DNA of 64,000 bases, from the IMG/VR virus record IMGVR_UViG_3300047557_002442, positions 1-64,000 of that record. One strand, written 5' to 3'. Of this stretch, positions 56,620 to 64,000 are shown one piece after another. The notes below the pieces were generated by a model. The model made no database searches and had not been told where the DNA came from. It saw nothing but the letters and a program-made list of their open reading frames with translations. The DNA comes from a virus. Positions within the stretch are counted from its first letter, which is position 1; each line of letters begins with the position of its first letter. The translations under genes were made by a program, and so were the position numbers.

Positions 56620-58769
56620 TAGCAATTCCACTTTCTTAAGGCTTTATTGATTCTTGAATCTGGATCTTTGGCTGTCTTAGCTGACGTCAATCTTTTCTTC
56701 ATTCCACTCATACGAGCACAGAATGATTTACGGCGCTTAGCTGCTTTACTATCAGGATCTAATTTAGATGGCTTTGTTGTTACAGCCATTGATAGTTTTG
56801 AACCAGGATTCTCTTTACGGTATGAAGCAATTCCTTTACGGTTTAGACCACCTTCTGGATTCTTACCAGCTTTACGCTGCCATGCTGGTGTCTTACCCTC
56901 GTCAAGATCAGCTTCCTCTTTCAAAGCATTGTCGACATAGTCATTAACATGCTTTTGTGCAGCTTCATGACTAATGTTGTGTTGTTTTGCAAGCTTCTTA
57001 GCTACCTGTACTGTTTTATTACCTAGATGTTCGCTACCACCTATCTTTTTATAAGAAGCTACGTGTTTACCTAGATGTTGTTCAATGTCGGCATGCAACT
57101 CTGCCATCTTACCTTCATCTAATAGAAGGTCCTGAATTTGTTCATGCAAGTCAGAATCCATTTCAAAAGCCTTGCCACCAGATACAAACGAATTGACTCT
57201 AGCAAAAGCCCATTGCTGAGCTGTTTGTGTTGTATAATCTATTTTGTTCCAGTCAGCAATGCCTCTTTGGTAGACCTCTGCTAGCACATCATAAGGAACA
57301 CCTGTCTTAAATGACTTGAACTTTAAGGAAGTTTCTGCCGACTCTGAAATAGTTGCATTTTCTACCATTTCAACTATTGCATTGAATTGTTCAAAAGAAA
57401 GGTTTTTATTTTCTTTCTTTTCATCCTTTTTCTTCTCAGGCTCAGGCTTCTTAACTTGTGGTTGGTCAAAGGATACATTCTTCCAGCGCTCAATATTACC
57501 TAACGCTGTTGCTAGGATCTTATGTGAGCGTGATTCCTCAACATCTACCTCTTCTGTCTTTGTACCCCAGTTTTTAGCACCTGCTTTTCTACATTTTACT
57601 AAAGCACCAGAGGCATATGCACTAGGCCAAATCTTGTAACGAGATTTAACTTTATGATAACATGCATCTTTTTCTTCTGTAGCTACGTTGATAGCAGAAC
57701 CGCTTCTTTCTGGATTGGGATCCTGTCTACGTTTACGTTGAGCTGCCGCTGCTCGATCTTCTTTATCCATTGCACGTGCTTTAGCTAAAGGTAAACATTT
57801 TGGTTTACCTTCACCTTCTTCTCTTGCACATTGACCCTTAATGTTACCTTTAGTATCCATTCTTACCCACTTGTCTTGAAACCATTGTCTTATGTTTTCG
57901 TTCAGATCATGGTCCAACTCTTCATGAGCTTTGTCATGTATACCTTTGTGAGTCTTATGAATACTCGTATTCATTTTCTTCAAGTAACTCAAGCGCTTAG
58001 AGCGCTCTGACTCTACCTTTTGTTTATCATATGTTAGCTGTTCTGCAAATACAGCAAACGGCTCATTAACATCTTCCTTGACGGACTTGATGTGGCCTAT
58101 GATCTCATTGGCATGTGGGTGTAATGCTTTTGGTAAACCAGCTTTAAAATGTTCGTGCTCACCAGCTCTTGCATGAGCTCGCATCTTTGTACCAGACATT
58201 CCAGAAACACCTTCAGCATCTGGATCTCTTTCACCTGAGGACACAACCTTGATAGATTTGAAGTTGTAATGGCCTTCTTTGCCGTTATATTGTTTGAGTT
58301 TATCTTCATAATCCTTAGCACGATCACTACCAGCAACCATTACCAAATGTTTGTGTCCAGCATCATGAAGTTTCTTAGCTGCATGTAAGAAGTTGGGCTC
58401 CTCTTTGGAAGATCCGTGAATATTGACCCCATGAGGTTCAGCTACTTTCTTTAAGTAGTTAAGTTTGTGTTTTTGTGGGAGTGGATTACTAGATGTACCT
58501 TCAGAGTGACTTGCAAAAACATGAGCACTACCGTTGTGTTGTTTTGCTGTCTGATGTACTGTATGAATTAGTTTTTCGTGGCCAGTCGTTGGTGGATTGA
58601 ATCTACCAAAAGCCATCACAGCTGTGGATTCTTTTTCTTCTCTAACAAATGCTTTATCTTGGTCATCTTTAGGATTGATAATAATCTCATCCTTATTACC
58701 TGCAGATAGCTTTCTGTTAAGTTTCTTGCCCGCTTGAGGCATCTTTTGTGTCAATTGATCTAATGGCAT
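56619..58769 (-). CDS. HIGH-family nucleotidyltransferase fused to several small phage domains (716 aa)
   Basis: FGRFNPPTTGHEKL; MVAGSDR; RDPDAEGVSGMSGTKMR; later modules QQWAFARVNSF and GKNPEGGLN..RRKSFCARM..W.C. Confidence 0.8.
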   Translation of the reverse strand: MPLDQLTQKMPQAGKKLNRKLSAGNKDEIIINPKDDQDKAFVREEKESTAVMAFGRFNPPTTGHEKLIHTVHQTAKQHNGSAHVFASHSEGTSSNPLPQKHKLNYLKKVAEPHGVNIHGSSKEEPNFLHAAKKLHDAGHKHLVMVAGSDRAKDYEDKLKQYNGKEGHYNFKSIKVVSSGERDPDAEGVSGMSGTKMRAHARAGEHEHFKAGLPKALHPHANEIIGHIKSVKEDVNEPFAVFAEQLTYDKQKVESERSKRLSYLKKMNTSIHKTHKGIHDKAHEELDHDLNENIRQWFQDKWVRMDTKGNIKGQCAREEGEGKPKCLPLAKARAMDKEDRAAAAQRKRRQDPNPERSGSAINVATEEKDACYHKVKSRYKIWPSAYASGALVKCRKAGAKNWGTKTEEVDVEESRSHKILATALGNIERWKNVSFDQPQVKKPEPEKKKDEKKENKNLSFEQFNAIVEMVENATISESAETSLKFKSFKTGVPYDVLAEVYQRGIADWNKIDYTTQTAQQWAFARVNSFVSGGKAFEMDSDLHEQIQDLLLDEGKMAELHADIEQHLGKHVASYKKIGGSEHLGNKTVQVAKKLAKQHNISHEAAQKHVNDYVDNALKEEADLDEGKTPAWQRKAGKNPEGGLNRKGIASYRKENPGSKLSMAVTTKPSKLDPDSKAAKRRKSFCARMSGMKKRLTSAKTAKDPDSRINKALRKWNC

Positions 58770-58823
58770 AGATTTTCCTTTAATTATCAGGTTTGTCGTA
58801 ACCTAACTGATATTATATAAGGT

Positions 58824-58831
58824 TATTTATA
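58824..58831 (-). promoter_or_regulatory. T4 late promoter TATAAATA
   Basis: Exact consensus, intergenic, upstream of the 716-aa gene. Confidence 0.8.
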
Positions 58832-58838
58832 ATATTTA

Positions 58839-59465
58839 TTATTCAGGTTTGTATTTTTTGGTAGATCCGTCAGGCTGCACATGATAGGCATGGAAGTTGA
58901 CGTTTGGGTGTTGTTCTTTCATTTTCAAGAAGTGATGTAAGTTTGTTTTACTATCATCATACATATGAACGGAATGAACATTACCCTTTTTGACATAGTC
59001 TGATATGATTTTTGTTTTTTTGTGTGCAGGTTGTTCATTGCCTGGAATGTTGCCCGCTCTGTGAACATGAATGTTATCTACATCAACACCGTGTTTTTTG
59101 AATGTATCTAAGAATTTGTGTTTGTTGTCAAAGTCAGCACGTGCTGTATTCATGATTACTTTTGAACTCGATCCCACTTTTGATTTGATATTTTGATGAA
59201 TAGCTTTCATCTTGTTCAACATCTTTGGAATAGGTTTTGATTCTTTTGCAAATTTATCAGCTGATCTGAATTCGCTGTAGTCATAACTATGTCCAGATGG
59301 TAGCTTATGGTCATTATACTCTTGATTGGAAAGTTTTTGAACAGTTTGTCCATGTTTATTTTTTACATGGATTTGTGCATTAGTATGAAATAAAGTATCA
59401 TCCACATCAAATACATGTAGACTACCTTTACTTTCTTCTATTAAATAATCTTTGAATGATTTCAT
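58839..59465 (-). CDS. HAD-superfamily phosphatase with capsid-targeting-like N-terminus
   Basis: MKSFKDYLIEE; HVFDVDDTL (motif I); NTAR (II); KK (III); MYDD (IV). Confidence 0.82.
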   Translation of the reverse strand: MKSFKDYLIEESKGSLHVFDVDDTLFHTNAQIHVKNKHGQTVQKLSNQEYNDHKLPSGHSYDYSEFRSADKFAKESKPIPKMLNKMKAIHQNIKSKVGSSSKVIMNTARADFDNKHKFLDTFKKHGVDVDNIHVHRAGNIPGNEQPAHKKTKIISDYVKKGNVHSVHMYDDSKTNLHHFLKMKEQHPNVNFHAYHVQPDGSTKKYKPE

Positions 59466-60772
59466 TAGGTTATCTCTTCCCAAACCATTGCTCCAACAGC
59501 ATCATTACCGTTTGTTGCACCTGTACCTGCAAGGGTAATAATAATGCCATTGTTATTTGCTGCAAATGGATCTCTTTCAAGTTGATATGCAAATAATTGC
59601 TCTCTTGATAGATTAACAGCAGCTCCCCCTGCACCAGCTGATACGTTCACATATCCAACTGTTGCGTCGCGACCTCCTGAAACGGCAGAAGCAGTTATAT
59701 CATATTCAATCGGAGAATCGGTGTCTGCTGAAACCCATGATGCCCCTGTCAATGTTCCGCCTATAATAATTTTGTACCTATAGCTTGTATTATTAGTTAC
59801 ACCAAAGAATTCAACATCTTTTAATATAGCCAATGCATCTTTGAATGAGTCTTTTAATCTAATTGATACTACTGGCGTAAACGTTCCTGCTGTCGGCAAG
59901 TCTTTTGGCGATGTGATTGGTATGCTTATACTTCTTGCTTTACCTTCAAGTTGATATCCACCTTCGGAAACAACTGTGGAACAAATTTGTTTTATCTTAG
60001 AAGTAGATACTGTAGTACCTGTATTTTCTATTTCGTATCGGATAGGAAGGATAGCCGTGGTCATGTAGGTTGTTGTGTTTAAATTATCGTTGTGGAATAT
60101 ATGTGCTGGTATCATCAAACCATCAACAACAAACCCACATCGTACATCTCCTACACCAAGCCACTCAACATCAATCCAAAAAATATTAGATTTGGTAATA
60201 TCTAAATCACCACGATCAGGGTGTGCTGATTGTGAAGCACCGCCTGTACCATCAAACTTATCTACGTTCCAGTCAGCCTGGGCAACTCGTGTCTCTACTA
60301 CCGTTCCTGACGTATATGTTCTAAGTACAAGATAATTTCCTGTACCATCGTTCTCAAAAAATATCCCATTTTGTGTATTAAAATATCCAACACGTTGTCT
60401 CAGGTTAGCTTTTTGAGCAGTCATTACAAATGTGTTCATAATGAGCAATGATTTACCAGGTTGATATGCAAAAACTCTTTTACTTTCACGATAACACCTA
60501 TCGCCAGATGTTGAGCCTACATTCATATCGATTGCAGATTCGTTCGTTTGGTATTGGGTGTTTGCTGTTCCACTCGTGCTTGTTATGAACTTACCATTAT
60601 CTTGGTATCGATGGAAAGAATCAAATAATGTCACTGGATTAGAAACTCTCAGACGACCAAATGCATCAGTGGCTGTGCCAGAAGCAGTAAATCTGCTACT
60701 AAGCATATTCACTTCGTAGATGGTTTTACCATCTGCTAGATATCTTGACTGGTCTGTTCTAAATTGTGCCAT
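59465..60772 (-). CDS. Conserved beta-rich phage protein (likely virion)
   Basis: DAFGRLRVS.P.TLFD; YQPGKS; WNVD.FDG.G; EWLGVG.VR.GF; LPIRYEI; IC.TV.SEGG. Confidence 0.7.
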   Translation of the reverse strand: MAQFRTDQSRYLADGKTIYEVNMLSSRFTASGTATDAFGRLRVSNPVTLFDSFHRYQDNGKFITSTSGTANTQYQTNESAIDMNVGSTSGDRCYRESKRVFAYQPGKSLLIMNTFVMTAQKANLRQRVGYFNTQNGIFFENDGTGNYLVLRTYTSGTVVETRVAQADWNVDKFDGTGGASQSAHPDRGDLDITKSNIFWIDVEWLGVGDVRCGFVVDGLMIPAHIFHNDNLNTTTYMTTAILPIRYEIENTGTTVSTSKIKQICSTVVSEGGYQLEGKARSISIPITSPKDLPTAGTFTPVVSIRLKDSFKDALAILKDVEFFGVTNNTSYRYKIIIGGTLTGASWVSADTDSPIEYDITASAVSGGRDATVGYVNVSAGAGGAAVNLSREQLFAYQLERDPFAANNNGIIITLAGTGATNGNDAVGAMVWEEIT

Positions 60773-61965
60773 TATTCACTTCTTGCTAAAAAGTTTGCTC
60801 TACTGAATTCTTTTCTATCAACTAGTTTAGTTGGTCTATTATTTCTTACAGCGACAAACCCTTCTGGTTTTGCCTTTTGTCCGTTGATATGGTGTTCAAA
60901 CTTCTGACTGTGGGACATTGCTTTGACCAAAACATCTTTTGCATCCGTCAAATGCTTATGCATTTGCAGAACATTATGAAAATGTTCTTTATTTTTATCA
61001 ACGTGTTGTGCATGCTGATCATGCTCACTCTTAACCTTACTTATGCTCTTTTCAGTTTTGAGCTTGCCCATCTGTTTTGTGAAATGATCCTTTAGATGAT
61101 CCTTATATCCTTCCACAGAAGGCTCCTTGCCCGTCTTAACCGTTGAATTAATATAGGTTTTTAGGTGTGTCGTATGTGGTTCAGCAGATTTGAATGTGTC
61201 CGGATGAGCTGTATTAAAGTGATGAACGGCCTTATTAAGGTGATGTTCAAACTTTTGTTGTGCTTCCTTCGGATAATGCGCCTTAGACATATCGTGTTCT
61301 GTCGAAATTACATGTACATCCGGGTGACTATTGAAGTGAGACGTGTTGGCATTGTATTTTGCCTTCATGTTTGACAGGTCATCACCATGATATGATGTGT
61401 GAACAGCGACTCCAATCTTAGAATTTGTGATTTTTTGACCTTCATCGCTATGGGCATGTGTTGAGTAGCTGATGACATTTGGCTTAAAATGGTATTTTCC
61501 ACCTTTATGCTCGACGTCTCCATGTGGATTTGCTTCACTCTTCACACCTGAGTGCATGATATCCCCTTGAAAAACACCAGTTTTTGGTGTTGACTTTGGT
61601 AAATGCTCGAGAGCCGTCTTCAATTTTTGTGCTAGACCAGGTGCATGACCGTGATTTTTGTCAATATCTTCATGTGTATAGTTGATTTTTGGTGTTTTAT
61701 TGAATACTGACTTAGACCCAACAAAGAATTTTCCTGTTTTTGGATGATGACCAAAGACAATTGATGGGGATCCATCATATTTTGTGCTAACAGACGTGCT
61801 ATTTTTCTTGCCTGTTAACTGATGGTGGACATCAGCAAGGTTATGATAGGCATGGCTGAAGCCTTTATCACCAGCATTCAGTACGTGATCTTCTGCATGT
61901 TCGAGATGAGTCAGCTTTGATTCGTCAGAAGTAGCCTCAGTTATAAATGTCGAAAAGGATTTCAT
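60772..61965 (-). CDS. DUF6267-like protein with RNA-ligase (covalent nucleotidyltransferase) motifs and capsid-targeting-like N-terminus
   Basis: MKSFSTFITE; TKYDGSP; VGSKS; VFQGD; PEGFVAV......KLV. Confidence 0.7.
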   Translation of the reverse strand: MKSFSTFITEATSDESKLTHLEHAEDHVLNAGDKGFSHAYHNLADVHHQLTGKKNSTSVSTKYDGSPSIVFGHHPKTGKFFVGSKSVFNKTPKINYTHEDIDKNHGHAPGLAQKLKTALEHLPKSTPKTGVFQGDIMHSGVKSEANPHGDVEHKGGKYHFKPNVISYSTHAHSDEGQKITNSKIGVAVHTSYHGDDLSNMKAKYNANTSHFNSHPDVHVISTEHDMSKAHYPKEAQQKFEHHLNKAVHHFNTAHPDTFKSAEPHTTHLKTYINSTVKTGKEPSVEGYKDHLKDHFTKQMGKLKTEKSISKVKSEHDQHAQHVDKNKEHFHNVLQMHKHLTDAKDVLVKAMSHSQKFEHHINGQKAKPEGFVAVRNNRPTKLVDRKEFSRANFLARSE

Positions 61966-61989
61966 AGGGGTTCTCTTAATTATTCTGCT

Positions 61990-61997
61990 TATTTATG
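61990..61997 (-). promoter_or_regulatory. Late promoter-like CATAAATA
   Basis: Intergenic, ~25 nt upstream of the ATG at 61965. Confidence 0.65.
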
Positions 61998-63419
61998 TTA
62001 ATACAACTTACCAAACGGACCAAACTTATCACCCTTCTTCATAGCCAAGAAAGTCATGTCGGTCATGAAGGACTCCATCTTCTCCTTAGGTAAAGATAAT
62101 ATAGAATTCAAGAACGTAAGTTGCATTAACTTTGCTGTTGCAACGTGACGATCTTTACCATTAAGTACGGCAATCATGTTCTTCACAAATTCATCCACTG
62201 TTGCAACGTTTGTCTTTGTCAAAGTGCTGACACTAATCTTACTAAACATCTGTTTATAGAGATTTTTCTTCTTCTCAAACTCTTCAGCTGTCTTTGGATA
62301 ATTCTTATGATTGTTATCAAATGTGAACCCGTATTCTCTACAAAGTGTCAGTACCATGTCAACAGGAGCTTTACCAATACGAGCTGCAGACGCTTCTTTC
62401 ATTGTTGGTTCGAATTTGAGGTTTGATGCAGCAACAGAATCGTTTCCCTTTATTTGGAAGTTGAATGTTCCTTGATCTCCACCAAACACAACAATCTTAG
62501 TTTCCTGGTTCTGGAATGATGTTGGACTTCTCAATGATAGGTCAATCCTCATTTCTGTTACAGAGAAGTTATAGTTTTTCGTATCGACAAAGTCTCCATC
62601 ATTGACATTGACTTCTTCATACTGTGCTTGTTGTCCTGATACTTTCTTCAAGGACACACCAATCACTCGTCGTTGTTTAAACATAGTACGTAGTGTACTA
62701 TTCAGTTCTGTAAGTGTTTGAGACTTGCCACCTGACGTTACTTTGTCAAGATCTCTCATTACGGATGCAACATCTTTGATCAACCAAATGTCTGCTGGAT
62801 CCCATGTGTCCTTTTGAGATATACCATACTTACTTTTAACAAGATCTGTTATATACTTCATAAACCCACCTTCACGATTGAAAACAGTGAATTGTGGATT
62901 TGAGTATTCTTGTAGCATTCTTTGTTGTTGAAGGAAGTAGATCTTCACCCACTCTTCAGTAATCTCAGGATATATCTCTTGAAGCTCAAAGTACTTTGGA
63001 TCTGTGATAATATCTTGGTACTGTGAGTACTTCATATTATCTTTCATGGCTCGTTTCATGATCCATGCAGATCCAAGTTCTTGTTTCCTTGTTGTAGTAG
63101 CATCAGCCCCAACCCCACCCGCTGTTTTCTTTCGGGATAGTTGGAACTTGATTTTGTAGCCATTCACGACAGCATAGAATGCTTCAGCTGTAGCCTGGCT
63201 GTTAGGAAGATCTTTGTTGATCTTTTTGATATGTTCTAAGTTTGTTTCACTACACTTAATGACCCATTGCTTGCTTTTTGTTCTATCCCAAAAGGCATCT
63301 CCCAAGAATCCTTCATTAGGACTTGGGAGTTTTGTTAGCATTGTTGTCAAAGGACTTCTTAGGTCCGATGGTGCATGACTTAGTGTTGCATCTTTATAAA
63401 GTGAGAAGTTTGTTGCCAT
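61998..63419 (-). CDS. Hypothetical protein, possible restriction-endonuclease-like fold
   Basis: T..QE; D.W.PADIW; IGVSLKK. Confidence 0.55.
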   Translation of the reverse strand: MATNFSLYKDATLSHAPSDLRSPLTTMLTKLPSPNEGFLGDAFWDRTKSKQWVIKCSETNLEHIKKINKDLPNSQATAEAFYAVVNGYKIKFQLSRKKTAGGVGADATTTRKQELGSAWIMKRAMKDNMKYSQYQDIITDPKYFELQEIYPEITEEWVKIYFLQQQRMLQEYSNPQFTVFNREGGFMKYITDLVKSKYGISQKDTWDPADIWLIKDVASVMRDLDKVTSGGKSQTLTELNSTLRTMFKQRRVIGVSLKKVSGQQAQYEEVNVNDGDFVDTKNYNFSVTEMRIDLSLRSPTSFQNQETKIVVFGGDQGTFNFQIKGNDSVAASNLKFEPTMKEASAARIGKAPVDMVLTLCREYGFTFDNNHKNYPKTAEEFEKKKNLYKQMFSKISVSTLTKTNVATVDEFVKNMIAVLNGKDRHVATAKLMQLTFLNSILSLPKEKMESFMTDMTFLAMKKGDKFGPFGKLY

Positions 63420-63442
63420 GATAACCCCATACAGTAATGAGG

Positions 63443-63450
63443 TATTTATA
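63443..63450 (-). promoter_or_regulatory. T4 late promoter TATAAATA
   Basis: Exact consensus 23 nt upstream of the ATG at 63419. Confidence 0.8.
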
Positions 63451-63452
63451 GG

Positions 63453-63599
63453 CTACATCTCTTCTATGATACCTAATATCTCAGCTGCCACAATCAAGAG
63501 GCCTCCAAGTGGTAAGTAACCATACATGATGCTTGCGCCAGCAATGATTCGAATGGCACTCTTCACCATACTAACATAAAAGTGGAAATCTCTTTTCAT
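63453..63599 (-). CDS. 48-aa membrane protein
   Basis: Not in the ORF track. MKRDFHFYVSMVKSAIRIIAGASIMYGYLPLGGLLIVAAEILGIIEEM*. Confidence 0.7.
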   Translation of the reverse strand: MKRDFHFYVSMVKSAIRIIAGASIMYGYLPLGGLLIVAAEILGIIEEM

Positions 63600-63616
63600 A
63601 ATCTATTTTCTTTCTA

Positions 63617-63904
63617 TTAAGCTACGTCGTGATCTTTATCGATCGTTATAGTTATATCACCAACATCAAAATTAATATCTGAGTCAGCATACCCACCACA
63701 TTCATCTACCCAGAGATTATCATAATCAATTCCCCCGATATGATCATCAGACGCAAAATGATCGCTAAGGTCTTCTCTCGTCAACTGGTACGAAGCGCCA
63801 AGAAGAGCGTCATGGAATCTATCCGCTATCTCTCTCCACGTCAATGCTTCACCTTCAATCGTCGTCTTCGACCCTTCTTCTTCAAACTCTATTTTAAACT
63901 TCAT
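63617..63904 (-). CDS. Acidic hypothetical protein
   Basis: ORF in track; overlaps the stop of the upstream partial ORF. Confidence 0.6.
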   Translation of the reverse strand: MKFKIEFEEEGSKTTIEGEALTWREIADRFHDALLGASYQLTREDLSDHFASDDHIGGIDYDNLWVDECGGYADSDINFDVGDITITIDKDHDVA

Positions 63905-64000
63905 CTGGAAACACCCTTCCCGCTACATAAGCACACAGCCATCCCACAGTACCAAACCCCAAGGCCGCCATCACATTCCAGACAGGCTCAGGACCAACTT
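63894..64000 (-). CDS. Partial hydrophobic ORF entering from the right edge
   Basis: ...VGPEPVWNVMAALGFGTVGWLCAYVAGRVFPDEV*. Confidence 0.45.
   Translation of the reverse strand, partial: VGPEPVWNVMAALGFGTVGWLCAYVAGRVFPDEV

Noticed and set aside
1-64000. Alternative genetic code, diversity-generating retroelement or integrase
   Set aside because: TAA, TAG and TGA all end conserved genes at expected lengths, and no reverse transcriptase, TR/VR pair or integrase was seen.

Overview
This is a 64-kb, AT-rich, gene-dense segment of a large T4-like myovirus genome, coded mostly on the minus strand except for a plus-strand block at 21.8-28.3 kb. From left to right it contains: (1) 1-28.3 kb, a tail/baseplate module with a split DUF4815/VrlC-like structural locus, gp8, gp7, gp6, gp25, PAAR, gp5, hub, gp53, gp48, gp4, gp2, gp54, gp26/gp51 and two tape-measure-region proteins, one with a GH19 domain; (2) gp32, gp59, gp33 and cell-wall hydrolases; (3) a host-like island at 32-36 kb with a circularly permuted two-piece tmRNA, AhpC, a 23-aa PqqA missed by the ORF track, an outer-membrane beta-barrel and GroES; (4) RNase H and a heptose/glycosyl cluster (gmhA, hddA, glycosyltransferase, galE, cytidylyltransferase); (5) a RuvC-like resolvase, nrdAB, embedded spanins, thyX and primase; (6) a late-promoter block of probable internal head proteins. 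The PqqA sequence suggests a PQQ-using methylotroph host (Methylophilaceae-like; inference). The best candidate for an undescribed system is the His-rich block at 56-62 kb: an Rnl1-motif ligase and a Pnkp-like HAD phosphatase, both with capsid-targeting-like N-termini, plus a HIGH-nucleotidyltransferase polyprotein. These could form a virion-packaged nucleic-acid repair/anti-defence kit. Other strong signals are a -1 frameshift joining gp26 to gp51, and (S/A)-N-x-(S/T) enrichment in virion proteins that, with the sugar cluster, suggests virion glycosylation. All homology calls come from motif recognition by eye; no searches were run.
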